From Desulfobacterales bacterium (GTDB taxonomy: Bacteria; Desulfobacterota; Desulfobacteria; Desulfobacterales; UBA11574), in contig JAWOIY010000227.1 in assembly GCA_046484425.1 (NCBI GenBank), forward strand, positions 9,725 to 73,724: a stretch of 64,000 nucleotides of DNA, in the 5' to 3' direction. Shown here one piece after another: positions 9,588 to 20,184 of the stretch. Position 1 is the first letter of the stretch, and every line of letters starts with the position of its first letter. Position numbers and translations under genes: made by a program. Below the pieces are notes generated by a model. The model was not told where the DNA came from. It searched no databases and saw nothing but the letters and a program-made list of their open reading frames with translations.

Positions 9588-10601
9588 ATGCGCCCTTCCT
9601 TCCTTCCCAGGTTAGTGAACGGACCTTTTGATGACCCGGGTCTGTTTATCCCCCTTTTTTTTGAAAAACGTGCCATAATTTTCGATCTGGGGGATATTTA
9701 TTCACTTTCTGCCAAAGACATCTTAAAAATCAGCCATATCTTTATTACCCATACGCATATGGATCATTTTATCGGATTTGACAGGCTGCTTCGTCTTTTT
9801 CTCGGCCGTGATCAACACCTTTACATGTTCGGGCCCAAAGGTTTTTTGAACAATGTTGAAGGAAAGCTCGCCGGATACTCATGGAATCTTGTCAAAAATT
9901 ACAGCAATCTGCTGGCCTTACATGCAACCGAGGTACACCCCGATTATCTGATTACAAAGCACTACATCTGCCAAAGCGGGTTCGTCCCGGATCAAATGAC
10001 CGTCAAACATCCTTTTAACGGCCTGCTTCATAATGAACCCTCTTTGTCTGTCTTTTCCCGGATCCTCGATCACAGCCTTCCCTGTCTCGGATTTACCCTC
10101 AATGAGCGGTTTCATGTCAACATCTTGAAAGACGGCGTGGCCGAGCTTGGACTCGAGGTCGGTCCGTGGCTTAAGGAATTCAAACAGGCGCTTTTTAATA
10201 ATCAAGATCCTGATTCGGAATTTGAGGTTGCATACGGCAAAAAAAAACAACATAAAAAAACATTCGTTTTGGGAGATCTTACAAAACAGATAGCCCTGAT
10301 TACGCCGGGCCAGAAGATTTCCTATATTGCCGATCTTGTGTACAATGAATCGAATGTGGAAAAAATTGTCGATCTGGTGAAAGATTCCGACCACCTTTTT
10401 ATTGAAGCGTCTTTTCTTGAAAAGGACAGGGATGTCGCTGAAAAAAAATGTCATCTAACGGCCCGGCAGGCTGGCATCATTGCAGGTAAGGCCGGAGTGA
10501 AGCAGGTGACACCTTTCCATTTTTCACCCAGATATCAGGGACAGGGGCATCTTTTGGAAAAAGAGGTGATGGAGGCATACGATGATGTCTTGAAGCAGTG
10601 A
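9588..10601 (+). CDS. MBL-fold metallo-hydrolase (RNase Z/ElaC-like)
   Basis: HxHxDH motif THTHMDHFIGFD. ATG at 9588 lies 3 nt after the upstream stop. Confidence 0.8.
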   Translation: MRPSFLPRLVNGPFDDPGLFIPLFFEKRAIIFDLGDIYSLSAKDILKISHIFITHTHMDHFIGFDRLLRLFLGRDQHLYMFGPKGFLNNVEGKLAGYSWNLVKNYSNLLALHATEVHPDYLITKHYICQSGFVPDQMTVKHPFNGLLHNEPSLSVFSRILDHSLPCLGFTLNERFHVNILKDGVAELGLEVGPWLKEFKQALFNNQDPDSEFEVAYGKKKQHKKTFVLGDLTKQIALITPGQKISYIADLVYNESNVEKIVDLVKDSDHLFIEASFLEKDRDVAEKKCHLTARQAGIIAGKAGVKQVTPFHFSPRYQGQGHLLEKEVMEAYDDVLKQ

Positions 10602-10677
10602 AAATATCTCGCTTTTATCTTAAAAAAAGTTTGTGTTCAGGGGCACGAGCGGGCAGTTATTGTTAATGAAAAACCCC

Positions 10678-10713
10678 GGCTTGCAAGTCGATTGTTTTAC
10701 AAGCCCTTTTTAT
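10678..10713 (+). terminator. putative terminator after the MBL-fold hydrolase gene
   Basis: ggcttgcaa...ttacaagcc stem with one mismatch, followed by a T-rich run. Overlaps the kefB-like stop region. Confidence 0.3.
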
Positions 10714-12674
10714 TCTTTATTATATGCCATAAGGGAAAAAGCCTCCCTGTTTCTTTCACTCCCGATAATCGCCACCAAATCATCCGGCAATAATACAAAA
10801 TCCGCATCAGGATTCGGCTTTAGTTGTTCTCCCCGGACAACACCGACGACAGATGCCCCCGTTCTTTTCCGTATTTCGCTTTCACCTATCGACCGATGGG
10901 TAATTGGGCTTTCCTGAGCCAAACGGACCCACTGCAGGTCAAATTGTTGTTCAGCGCCTCGGAGCTGGGATAACATTCGATAATCGTTTCCCTGGTTAAA
11001 CAGGTGGGCATAGAGTTCCTGTCGAACAGTATCCGTATGTCGTTGCACCTCGGTCGGTGGCACTCGAAGATGGAGAAGAGACTGGCGCGTCATTTCGAGG
11101 CTCGCCTCGAACTCCGGAAGAACAACTTCTGACACCCCCAAATCCTTAAACAACTCGAAATAATCAGGTCCGGGTGTTCTCGCTACGATCTGGATGCTCT
11201 GGTTTAAACGCCGTGACTGAACAATGATTGACCTGGCTGTGACAAGTCCGGGAATGGTCAAAATCAGAAGAGCAGCATCCTTGATTCCGGCTGCTTCAAG
11301 AACAATTTCATTGCCGGCGTCGCCATAAACGACCGTCATCCCGGTTTTCTTGGCCTGTTCAAACTGCCGGTGATCAATCTCGATAATCACAAATTGCATG
11401 TTTAAACGTTTTAAAGCCCGGGCGATCTGAAAGCCGACGCGGCCACCGCCGGCAATAACAACATGACCGCCGAGTCCGGCATCCGGTATGTTCGATGACT
11501 CGAGTGCTTCATGGCGAAACCAGCGCTTCTTTAATGCGTATATCCTTGCAGTCTGGCCTGAAATCAACGGCGTGAGCACCATCGTCAAAATTGCGGCGGT
11601 CAGTACCAGAGAGTATAGATCGTTTCCAATCGAATTCGTCGACATCCCAACCCTTGCCAGCACGAATGAAAACTCACCGATTTGAAAAAGACCCAATCCA
11701 ACAGCCAATGGGATGACATTCCGATATTTGAAAATGCGAGATATAAATGCAAAAATAAATCCCTTACCGATGCTTGCCGCCAGAACCAATACCATTACTT
11801 GTCGGATATGGCCAAATAGGAATGTCGGATCAAAGAGCATTCCAACCGATGTAAAAAACAACAATCCAAAAAGATCTCGAAGCGGAACAATATCGCTCAG
11901 GGCCTGGTGGCCGTAGTCCGACTCGCTCAAAACCATACCGGCAAAAAACGCGCCAAAAGCGAAGGAAAGTCCCACCAAGTATGTGATGTACCCCACACCC
12001 AGACCGATGGCGGTGATCGCAAGCAAAAATAGCTCCCTTGAATTGAGCTTTGCGATGTGCGCCATCAGGCGCGGCAGCAACCTGGTTCCGAGTAAGACCA
12101 TCCCTGCAATGAACGCCACGGCTTTGAGGGCTGCAAAACCAAGAGCAGGCAACCCTACCGCCGGATTGTTCAGCTGGGGGAGGATGATCATCATCGGCAC
12201 CACAGCCAAATCCTGGACGATGAGCATGCCGATCATCACTTTGCTGGAGAGGGTTCCCATCCAACCCTGATTCATAAGCGTTTTGAGAAGTACCATGGTG
12301 CTTGAAAGCGATATCATGGCACCGAGCCAGAGCGATGCTTTCCAATCCAATCCCATCAAGTGTCCAATGCCCATACCGAGCGCAATGGTGAGGATCAATT
12401 GGATCGGCGTTCCTACTAAAGCGACCATTTTAACCGGCTTGAGATCCTTGAGGGAAAATTCAAGCCCGAGTGCAAACAAAAGAAGCGCAATACCGATTTC
12501 GGCAAGCAGCTCGATCTCGTGAATGTTTGAGACCGTGAGGCCTCCTGTATGTGGTCCCAGTAAAATTCCCGCTACGATATAGCCGAGGATGATCGGCTGG
12601 CCCAGCCGCTGCAGAAACAGGCCGCAAAAAAATGCTGCAACAACAAGGAGGATGATGTCGGTTGCAATACCCAT
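10710..12674 (-). CDS. monovalent cation:proton antiporter-2 (CPA2, Kef-type) with TrkA-N/TrkA-C domains
   Basis: About 12 TM helices, [11 protein letters not shown] motif, then the Rossmann motif IAGGGRVG and a C-terminal RCK-C-like domain. Confidence 0.88.
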   Translation of the reverse strand: MGIATDIILLVVAAFFCGLFLQRLGQPIILGYIVAGILLGPHTGGLTVSNIHEIELLAEIGIALLLFALGLEFSLKDLKPVKMVALVGTPIQLILTIALGMGIGHLMGLDWKASLWLGAMISLSSTMVLLKTLMNQGWMGTLSSKVMIGMLIVQDLAVVPMMIILPQLNNPAVGLPALGFAALKAVAFIAGMVLLGTRLLPRLMAHIAKLNSRELFLLAITAIGLGVGYITYLVGLSFAFGAFFAGMVLSESDYGHQALSDIVPLRDLFGLLFFTSVGMLFDPTFLFGHIRQVMVLVLAASIGKGFIFAFISRIFKYRNVIPLAVGLGLFQIGEFSFVLARVGMSTNSIGNDLYSLVLTAAILTMVLTPLISGQTARIYALKKRWFRHEALESSNIPDAGLGGHVVIAGGGRVGFQIARALKRLNMQFVIIEIDHRQFEQAKKTGMTVVYGDAGNEIVLEAAGIKDAALLILTIPGLVTARSIIVQSRRLNQSIQIVARTPGPDYFELFKDLGVSEVVLPEFEASLEMTRQSLLHLRVPPTEVQRHTDTVRQELYAHLFNQGNDYRMLSQLRGAEQQFDLQWVRLAQESPITHRSIGESEIRKRTGASVVGVVRGEQLKPNPDADFVLLPDDLVAIIGSERNREAFSLMAYNKE

Positions 12675-12992
12675 TTATGTTCCTTTCATGTTTATTGAAA
12701 CCCCCCAACATGCTGAAAATTGTCAGAATTGAAGATCTCGCTGGAGTTGATATCGCTTCAAATTATGTGGTGCAGAGTTCCGGTCGAGTCTGTCTTTGCT
12801 TTATTTGACATACAACAGCCTTTTAGTAAAAATGACACCAAAAGAAAAGATAAATTCCATGAAATCCAAAGTCTCGTCGCGAATAGACGATCCAATACCG
12901 TTCCGGAGCCAGCCTTGAGCCCAAAGCAATTTCGCCGAATTCGAAAAATGATTCCGGCTAGTTAACCGCACCCCCCTTAAACAGCTTTGACG

Positions 12993-13206
12993 TATGTGTA
13001 CAGGGGGCAGTCATCTCCCCTTCACTTCGGTGTCTCCGTCACTGGTATTTTCAGTAAGTTAGCAGTGGTTGCATTCCTGCCTCCTCCGCATTCTCCCGCG
13101 AAAAGCATGCGGGAGCCGCGGTCTCCCCCACTGCTAACTCACTGAAAATACGAAGCGACTCCACCAATAACGTTACGGGAAAACAACTGCCCCCCTGAAT
13201 ATTTAC
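12993..13206. mobile_element. 214-bp long-palindrome MITE-like element with 9-bp flanking direct repeat
   Basis: gctttgacg occurs at 12984-12992 and 13207-13215. Outer stem is cagggggcagt (13001-13011) with actgcccccctg (13186-13197). Inner 23-bp stem is 13046-13068 with 13128-13150 (one G-T). Apical hairpin is ctcccgc-gaaaagcat-gcgggag. Confidence 0.65.
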
Positions 13207-13240
13207 GCTTTGACGGCTTCGTAACAAGTCCAATTCATTA

Positions 13241-13301
13241 AGTGTTTGGTGGTTTAATTAAATATATGCCGCAATACCAAATTGTTAGACCACCAAACAC
13301 T
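13241..13301. repeat. hairpin, 13-bp perfect stem
   Basis: agtgtttggtggt (13241-13253) pairs with accaccaaacact (13289-13301), with a 35-nt AT-rich loop. Confidence 0.6.
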
Positions 13302-13321
13302 AATTACTAAAAACTAAACAC

Positions 13322-13366
13322 TCTCGTAAAAAGGTCGCATTTTTGACTTTTTACGAGACCATCATC
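13322..13366. repeat. mini family-A unit (termini only)
   Basis: tctcgtaaaaaggtcgcatttttgactttttacgagaccatca contains both A termini separated by 8 nt. Confidence 0.6.
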
Positions 13367-13591
13367 TTTGATATTCTAAAAATTTTCGGATTTCCAAGAC
13401 CTTAAATTGATGTCGCCATTAGGGTCCAAGTAATAATTGACAATCCTTTAAATAAAACAGTATAAACGGTTTTTTCTGTAGAAGGAAAACAGCTGTCGTT
13501 TGGAGCAACCGATATCCTTTCTCCTTTGCTTTACAATTACTCTTGTACGAAACACACATGCAATCAACAATAGGTTGGCTGCTTAGTCATT

Positions 13592-14338
13592 ATGAAATAT
13601 TTTAAGAAAATTTTTTCCCTGTTCCAAAAAGGATTAAGAAAATTAGTATATCTCATAATAGATCGCTTTGATCTGATAGAAGTCAAAATTTTATCGACAG
13701 GGCTGATTTTATCTTTCTTGACCTGCTTATACTTATTGTATCTTCTTATTGCAGATCCCCGTCTTTATAGAGTCCTATCTTCTGCGGCAATTTTGCATCT
13801 TATGGGGGGGAGAGCCTTGGGGATTGCCGCCTGCCTTTCTGCCGGCATCCCTATTTTCTATACGATCCTGTACAATTTTTTACTTGAAGTTATGATAGTT
13901 CTTATTGCCTATGGTATTGTCGTTTTAGTTATGCGAAATATCATTCAGCCGAAATTATTTCACAGCGCGGTGAGGCAGGCTGAATTTGCTGCGCAGGACC
14001 AAAAAACCAATATTAAAAAATATGGGACTATAGGGCTTTTCTTTTTCGTAATGCTGCCATTTTTCATGACCGGACCGGTCGTTGGATCGATTATTGGATA
14101 TCTTCTCCATTACAAGGCGATCAATAATTTTTTAATCGTATTTAGCGGAACCTTGACTTCAATTGTCATATATACCCTGATCGGCAATAATGTTTTAACA
14201 TATATTGATCAGTACGTTCGGATAGATCTGGTGAAGAAATGGGGGGCAATTATTGTTGGAATTTTTATTGTGGTATTTTTAATATACCACATAAAAACTG
14301 TAAAAGCCTATTTAGATAGTGAACCTGACGAAGAATAA
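13592..14338 (+). CDS. hypothetical integral membrane protein
   Basis: 248-aa ORF with several hydrophobic helices and an acidic C-terminus. Family not recognised with confidence. Confidence 0.6.
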   Translation: MKYFKKIFSLFQKGLRKLVYLIIDRFDLIEVKILSTGLILSFLTCLYLLYLLIADPRLYRVLSSAAILHLMGGRALGIAACLSAGIPIFYTILYNFLLEVMIVLIAYGIVVLVMRNIIQPKLFHSAVRQAEFAAQDQKTNIKKYGTIGLFFFVMLPFFMTGPVVGSIIGYLLHYKAINNFLIVFSGTLTSIVIYTLIGNNVLTYIDQYVRIDLVKKWGAIIVGIFIVVFLIYHIKTVKAYLDSEPDEE

Positions 14339-14387
14339 CCCTATTAAAATTCGAATTCCCCGTTACTTTTCGAACCGCAATGGATTT

Positions 14388-14416
14388 GTCCGCCGATGCC
14401 GAGTGGCGGGCACTTT
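14388..14416 (+). terminator. putative terminator after the membrane protein gene
   Basis: gtccgcc-(10 nt)-ggcgggc followed by actttt. Confidence 0.4.
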
Positions 14417-14483
14417 TGGGTCACAACTTGACGGGCTGTTGCCAAACAAAGATCTTCTGAGCGCTCATCAAAACGTTTTTTGC

Positions 14484-15053
14484 TCATAAATCTTGGCGAA
14501 GTGATAGGAAAGCGATTCCAATTTCATTGCCGGCTTTCCTTTTTTCTAACTCTAGCTCTTTAATAATTCTTGCGCAGATCTTTTCTGGTGTGGCGTCCAG
14601 GCAATTGATTGTTACGTCTGCATACTTCGTATACAAGCTGAAGCGTTCATTAAATAGGTCGGCAAAGCTTTGGTCCGGTCTTTTTACAAGCCCTCTAGTA
14701 TCAAAATCACAAACCCTCGATTCCAGTGTTGGCAGATCAACATTGAGAAAAACGGCTACACCATCTGACTTCAAATGTTTCATGGCTATAGGGCTGTATA
14801 CAGCGCTTCCGCCTGTAGCAATAACATGATTGTGGACGTTAAGGGTGAGCAACTCCTTCTCCTCAATTTCTCGCAAGGCCATATGACCTGATGTGTCAAC
14901 TATGTCCTGGAGGGTCTGCCCGTGCGATACCTGAATAAGCACGTCTGTATCAATAAAGTTGAGAGACGTTAGTTTGGCCAAAATGACGCCAACCGTGCTC
15001 TTACCTGAGCCTGGCATACCAATTAGAACGATATTCGAGCGAATGTAAGCCAT
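14484..15053 (-). CDS. aroK: shikimate kinase
   Basis: IVLIGMPGSGKSTVG P-loop, DTD motif, and typical length. Confidence 0.88.
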   Translation of the reverse strand: MAYIRSNIVLIGMPGSGKSTVGVILAKLTSLNFIDTDVLIQVSHGQTLQDIVDTSGHMALREIEEKELLTLNVHNHVIATGGSAVYSPIAMKHLKSDGVAVFLNVDLPTLESRVCDFDTRGLVKRPDQSFADLFNERFSLYTKYADVTINCLDATPEKICARIIKELELEKRKAGNEIGIAFLSLRQDL

Positions 15054-15114
15054 AATGTGTAACCGAAATCAAAGTTGTACAGCTTACCATGATCCCATCA
15101 TAAATAAATTGATT

Positions 15115-16257
15115 TCAGTTTTTCTTCAGATAGTACGCTTTTATCTTCTCTACCACATACTCTATCTGATCATCCGAAAGTTCGGGGTATATGGGTAGGG
15201 CGAGTGTATGCAGCGCCGCATGTTCGGCTTCAGGAAAATCGCCGCTTTTGTAATTCAGGTCGGAAAAGCACTCCTGAAGATGCATGGGAACCGGATAATA
15301 CACTTCCGTCCCGATTCCGGCATCACTTAAAAACCGGCGAAGGTCATCTCTTCCTTCCTTTACACAGATCACAAACTGATTGTAGATATGGCGGTTTTCT
15401 TTTTCAAACGGAAGCTGAACCGCATCCGTAAGACCTGCATCTTTAAAAAGTTTTCTGTAAGTCCGGGCGTTTTTCTCACGCGCTTGTGTCCATTGGTCAA
15501 GATATTTTAACTTGATGGAAACCACGGCCGCCTGAAAGGCGTCCAGCCTGAAGTTTCCGCCGATGAATTTATGATAATACTTGGGGCGGGAACCATGAAC
15601 CCGAAGCGTGCATAATTTATCATAGGACTCGTCTGAATGTGTCGTGACGATGCCGCCGTCACCGAAAGCGCCCAGGTTCTTGGAGGGAAAAAATGAAAAG
15701 CAGCCGAAATCCCCCATTGATCCTGCCCGCTTCCCTCTGTATTCTGATCCGATGGCCTGGGCGGCATCTTCAATGACAACCAGATGATACGTTTCACATA
15801 CCTGAAGGATCGGCGCCATATCGGCACACTGGCCGTAAAGATGAACCGGAATGACAGCCTTTAGATTCTTACGCTCTGTTCGGGGCATTGAATCGATCGC
15901 TCTTTCAAGACATTCGGGAGAAATATTATACGTGTCCGGATCAATATCGACAAAAATCGGTCTGGCGCCGGTCCGGGAAATGCTCCCGGCCGTGGCGAAA
16001 AAGGTATACGGCGTGGTAATCACGGTGTCCTTGTAACCGATTCCCGCTGTCATTAAAGAAAGCAATAGAGCATCTGTCCCGGATGAAACGCCGACGGCGT
16101 ATTTTGAAAAACAATAGTCGGCGATTTCCTTTTCAAGGGCCTCCACCCTGGGTCCCAAAATAAAATACTGAGTTTCAAAGAGTTCTTCAGCTGTTTTCAA
16201 GACCTCTTTCTTTATGGTTTTATACTGTTCTTTTAGATCAAGCAAAGGGACTTTCAT
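15115..16257 (-). CDS. DegT/DnrJ/EryC1/StrS family aminotransferase
   Basis: SFFPSKNLGAFGDGG lysine motif region and full-length family resemblance. Confidence 0.9.
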   Translation of the reverse strand: MKVPLLDLKEQYKTIKKEVLKTAEELFETQYFILGPRVEALEKEIADYCFSKYAVGVSSGTDALLLSLMTAGIGYKDTVITTPYTFFATAGSISRTGARPIFVDIDPDTYNISPECLERAIDSMPRTERKNLKAVIPVHLYGQCADMAPILQVCETYHLVVIEDAAQAIGSEYRGKRAGSMGDFGCFSFFPSKNLGAFGDGGIVTTHSDESYDKLCTLRVHGSRPKYYHKFIGGNFRLDAFQAAVVSIKLKYLDQWTQAREKNARTYRKLFKDAGLTDAVQLPFEKENRHIYNQFVICVKEGRDDLRRFLSDAGIGTEVYYPVPMHLQECFSDLNYKSGDFPEAEHAALHTLALPIYPELSDDQIEYVVEKIKAYYLKKN

Positions 16258-16365
16258 TTCAGGTAACCCATCCTCTTCTTATCTGAATTTTGCATGAAAT
16301 ATGAAAGCCTCCAACTCGTGCAAAATTCAGGTCTTATTTAAAATCAGATCGCTGTTTGAGTATAC

Positions 16366-19300
16366 TTATTTTTTCCGTCTTTTCTTTCCATTATAACCAT
16401 TGAATGTCGAAGAAGCCTCAGCCGGCTGACAAACCGTTTGGGCCGCAGGGTATCCGACAAGCCGGTTCACTTCACGAATCAATGACGGACCGGCCTTTAA
16501 TTTTATCCTGTCGGACAGGGCGATAATCGTCTCTGTCTTTTCCGGATTCAAAAAGTGAATGAAAGCCTGGCAAGAACCCGGATGCCGCTTTAATACGGCA
16601 TCCAGTTTTTCAAGCAACGCCTTTTCAGTTCGGGTGATATCAAGGTTAAAACGGATACTCGTGGTCCACGTCTCCTCGGCTTTATCCATTGGTATGACGG
16701 TATCTGCCAAAATTTTTACCGAGTTTTCCTCCTTTTGAAGGGAACCTTGAACCAAAACAGCGTTATCGTCGGTTAAAAGATCATATATTTTTGTATAAAG
16801 AGCTGAAAAGACGATAATTTCAACATCACCATGAAGGTCCTCAAGTGTCACAAACGCCATCAAATCGCCCTTTTTGGTTTTTATGATCTTGGTGTTTCTG
16901 ATCATACCACCGATCCGAACGGACTCACCGTCATACTGTTCTTTTAGTGTCGACGAGTCTGTGTTGGTAAACTTTTCCAGCAGGTCTTCATATTCGTTTA
17001 AAGGATGCCCGGTGATATAGAATCCGAGGGACTCTTTTTCAAAGGTTAAAAACTGTTTCTCATCCCATTCACCGATTTCGGCCATGATCGGCAAGTTAAC
17101 GGCCTTCTGATCTTCAGTTAGTCTGAACAACCCCATTTGAGGATCAGCCTTTTCCCTCTGAACTCTTTGTCCGTAATCAATACAGTCCTCCAAAGATGCC
17201 ATCATTCGTGAACGATAGTATCCTGTGGAATCAAATGCGCCGCACTTAATAAGGCTTTCAATCACACGTTTGTTAACCCTTTTAAGATCCACGCGTTCAC
17301 AGAATTCAAACAACGAAGCGAACCTCCCTTTCTTCCGGGCCTCGATAATAGATTCAATGGCACTTTCACCGACATTCTTAACTGCAACCAGTCCGAACCG
17401 TATCTTCGAACCGGTTACGGTAAACGTCTTTTCGCTTTCATTGATGTCCGGGGGCAAAACCTTAATGCCGTGGCTGCGGCATTCACCGATATATTTCACG
17501 ACACCGTCGGTTGAATGCATTTCGCTGGTCAGTAACGACGCCATAAATTCCACAGGAAAATGCGCTTTTAGAAAAGCGGTCTGATACGCAATCAACGCGT
17601 ATGCCGCACTGTGGGATTTGTTGAATCCGTATCCCCCGAATTTTTCCATCAGATAAAAGATGTTTCCGGCCTTGTCGGACGGAATGCCGTTTTCCACAGC
17701 CCCCTGCATGAAGCGTTCCCGATGCATGGCCATAATCTTCGGGATTTTCTTTCCCATGGCCTTTCGGAGGTCATCGGCCTCGGCCATGGAATAATCGGCC
17801 AGATCACCGGCAATCTTCATTACCTGCTCCTGATACACGATAACGCCATATGTCTCTTTCAATATCGGTTCAAGCTGGGGAACAATGTACTCCACGGTTT
17901 TTTTCCCGTGCTTTCTATCGACGAAATCATCAACCATTCCGCTGTCTAAAGGGCCGGGACGGTAAAGCGCAACCAGTGCAATGATGTCGTCAAAGGATTC
18001 CGGCTTGAGTCTCATCAACAAATCTTTCATCCCCGAGCTTTCCAGTTGAAATACGCCCGTTGTATCTCCGGAACCCAGAAGATGATATGTAGCAGGATCG
18101 CTAAAATCCAGTTTTGAAAGATCGGGAGGCGTACCTCCCTGGGCATCGATAAGATTAAGGGTGTTTGCGATGACCGTCAAATTGCGAAGCCCCAGGAAAT
18201 CAAACTTAACCAGGCCGATTTTTTCAACACATTTCATGTCGAACTGGGTCACAACTTCGCCTTTTTTACCCTTATAGAGGGGCATGTACTCCACCAGCGG
18301 CCTGTCTGCAATAACAACCCCTGCCGCATGTGTTGAGGCGTGCCGCGGAAGCCCTTCCAGTACCCGGCAGATACTGATCAAATCCGCAATTTCAGGTTTC
18401 TTTTCTGCCAGATCCTTGAGCCTGGGCTCTCGTTCTAAAGCGTCGTCAAGACCGATGTTCAACACATCGGGCACCATCTTGGCGATGGCATCCACTTCGC
18501 TGAGAGGTATATCCAAAGCACGACCGACATCACGAATTACGGCCCGGGTTTTCAGATTTCCGAATGTGATAATCTGTGCGACAAAATCACCCCCGCCATA
18601 TTTTTCAACCACATACTTAAAAACATCTTCCCTGCCGTTGATGCAAAAGTCGACATCAATATCCGGCATGCTTTTCCGGGCAGGGTTGAGAAAACGTTCG
18701 AAAATAAGACCATGCTCGATGGGATCCAAATCCGTAATTCCAAGAGAATAGGCAACAAGGCTGCCGGCGGCCGACCCTCTTCCGGGTCCGACGGGAATAC
18801 CGTTTTTTTTGGCATAGCCGATAAAATCGGCCACAATCAAAAAATATCCTGAAAAGCCCATTGATTTGATGAGGTCAATCTCATATTCGATGCGGTCGAC
18901 ATAAAGCTTCTCATCCGTATTCGGATGCTTTTTTTTAATACCTTCCAATACGGTTTTGAATCCATTCCTGACCTTTTCCTCAAAAATTTCATCTACGGTG
19001 TGTCCTGAAGAAACATCAAACTTCGGGAAATGATAAGTTTTAAAATCGAATTCCAGGTTGCACCGCCCGGCGATATTCACGGAGTTTTCAAGGGCGCCGG
19101 AGTAATCTTTAAAAGCCTCATACATCTCGGCTTTTGTTTTTAAATAGAGTTGATCGGTTCTGAATTGAAGCCGATCCGTTTCATGAACCGTCTTTCCGGT
19201 CTGGACGCACAGCAGCACGTCATGGGCACGGACATCTTCCTTATCGAGATAATGACAGTCGTTCGAGGCAACCAAAGGGATGGAAAGCCTTCGGCCCATA

Positions 19301-19887
19301 TCCAGCAGTGCCTGATTCACCGCCTCCTGAGCATCAATGCCGTTATTTTGAACTTCCAGAAAAAAATTTCCTTCTCCCAGGATTTGAAGGTAATATCGCG
19401 CAGCCGCATCAGCTTTATCCATTCGACCTTCCTGAATCAGCATCGGAATTTCACCGTGAAGGCAGGCCGACATTCCGATAAGACCTTTACGATGCTGCAT
19501 TAAGAGTTCTTTATCGATGCGGGGTTTGTAATAAAATCCGTGAAGTTGGGCAACGGTGGCCAATTTGCATAGATTTCGATACCCTTCCATATTCTCGGCC
19601 AGAAGGATGAGGTGTGTAAGCCCACTTTTATCAAGAGGGGTTTTGTCGGTGAGACGTCTCGGCGCCAGATAGAACTCGCAACCGATAATCGGCTTTATTC
19701 CGGCTTTCTTTGCCTTTTCATAAAACGTCAATGCCCCGAACATGGTACCATGGTCGGTAATGGCCACGGCGTCCATGTCAAAATCGGCGACACGCTTCAA
19801 CAAGGGATCGATCCGAATGGCACCATCCAGAAGACTGTATTGGGTATGGACGTGAAGATGTACAAACTGGGATGATGCTTGAGTCAT
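16366..19887 (-). CDS. dnaE: DNA polymerase III subunit alpha
   Basis: 1173 aa. PHP domain FVHLHVHTQYSLLDGA, polymerase core, OB fold. Confidence 0.96.
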   Translation of the reverse strand: MTQASSQFVHLHVHTQYSLLDGAIRIDPLLKRVADFDMDAVAITDHGTMFGALTFYEKAKKAGIKPIIGCEFYLAPRRLTDKTPLDKSGLTHLILLAENMEGYRNLCKLATVAQLHGFYYKPRIDKELLMQHRKGLIGMSACLHGEIPMLIQEGRMDKADAAARYYLQILGEGNFFLEVQNNGIDAQEAVNQALLDMGRRLSIPLVASNDCHYLDKEDVRAHDVLLCVQTGKTVHETDRLQFRTDQLYLKTKAEMYEAFKDYSGALENSVNIAGRCNLEFDFKTYHFPKFDVSSGHTVDEIFEEKVRNGFKTVLEGIKKKHPNTDEKLYVDRIEYEIDLIKSMGFSGYFLIVADFIGYAKKNGIPVGPGRGSAAGSLVAYSLGITDLDPIEHGLIFERFLNPARKSMPDIDVDFCINGREDVFKYVVEKYGGGDFVAQIITFGNLKTRAVIRDVGRALDIPLSEVDAIAKMVPDVLNIGLDDALEREPRLKDLAEKKPEIADLISICRVLEGLPRHASTHAAGVVIADRPLVEYMPLYKGKKGEVVTQFDMKCVEKIGLVKFDFLGLRNLTVIANTLNLIDAQGGTPPDLSKLDFSDPATYHLLGSGDTTGVFQLESSGMKDLLMRLKPESFDDIIALVALYRPGPLDSGMVDDFVDRKHGKKTVEYIVPQLEPILKETYGVIVYQEQVMKIAGDLADYSMAEADDLRKAMGKKIPKIMAMHRERFMQGAVENGIPSDKAGNIFYLMEKFGGYGFNKSHSAAYALIAYQTAFLKAHFPVEFMASLLTSEMHSTDGVVKYIGECRSHGIKVLPPDINESEKTFTVTGSKIRFGLVAVKNVGESAIESIIEARKKGRFASLFEFCERVDLKRVNKRVIESLIKCGAFDSTGYYRSRMMASLEDCIDYGQRVQREKADPQMGLFRLTEDQKAVNLPIMAEIGEWDEKQFLTFEKESLGFYITGHPLNEYEDLLEKFTNTDSSTLKEQYDGESVRIGGMIRNTKIIKTKKGDLMAFVTLEDLHGDVEIIVFSALYTKIYDLLTDDNAVLVQGSLQKEENSVKILADTVIPMDKAEETWTTSIRFNLDITRTEKALLEKLDAVLKRHPGSCQAFIHFLNPEKTETIIALSDRIKLKAGPSLIREVNRLVGYPAAQTVCQPAEASSTFNGYNGKKRRKK

Positions 19888-19961
19888 GTTATACGTTCGT
19901 TTGGTTTTGGATAGATATAATCGTAATGGATTAGTTTTTAAAATAAATGATTATTGACTGA

Positions 19962-20108
19962 TTGAAATTCAAAATCCCGAATCCCAAAAACAAACAAATA
20001 ATAATGACCGAAATTCAAAATCCCAAACAAAAAAACTGTCGCTTTGAGCCGTTTTGAAATTTGCAATTTGAGATTTGTTTGTAATTTGGTGCTTGAAATT
20101 TGTGATTT
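19962..20108. repeat. imperfect palindrome built from aaattcaaaatcc / caaacaaa words
   Basis: Left arms are 19962-19996 and 20009-20034, right arms 20051-20107, centre ctgtcgctttgagccg. Lies between the guaB stop and the dnaE start. Confidence 0.6.
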
Positions 20109-20184
20109 AAGACGGCAAACTCCAATACAGAGGCATTTATCTCTGACCTGATCCAAAAAACCTAGATGTCAATGTTAGATACAC

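Noticed and set aside
13051-13233. A 60-aa ORF inside the 214-bp palindromic element, and an 81-aa ORF at 12720-12965.
   Set aside because: The first is an artefact of the palindrome, since it reads through both arms. The second has a non-ATG start, no RBS and no similarity to anything I recognise.
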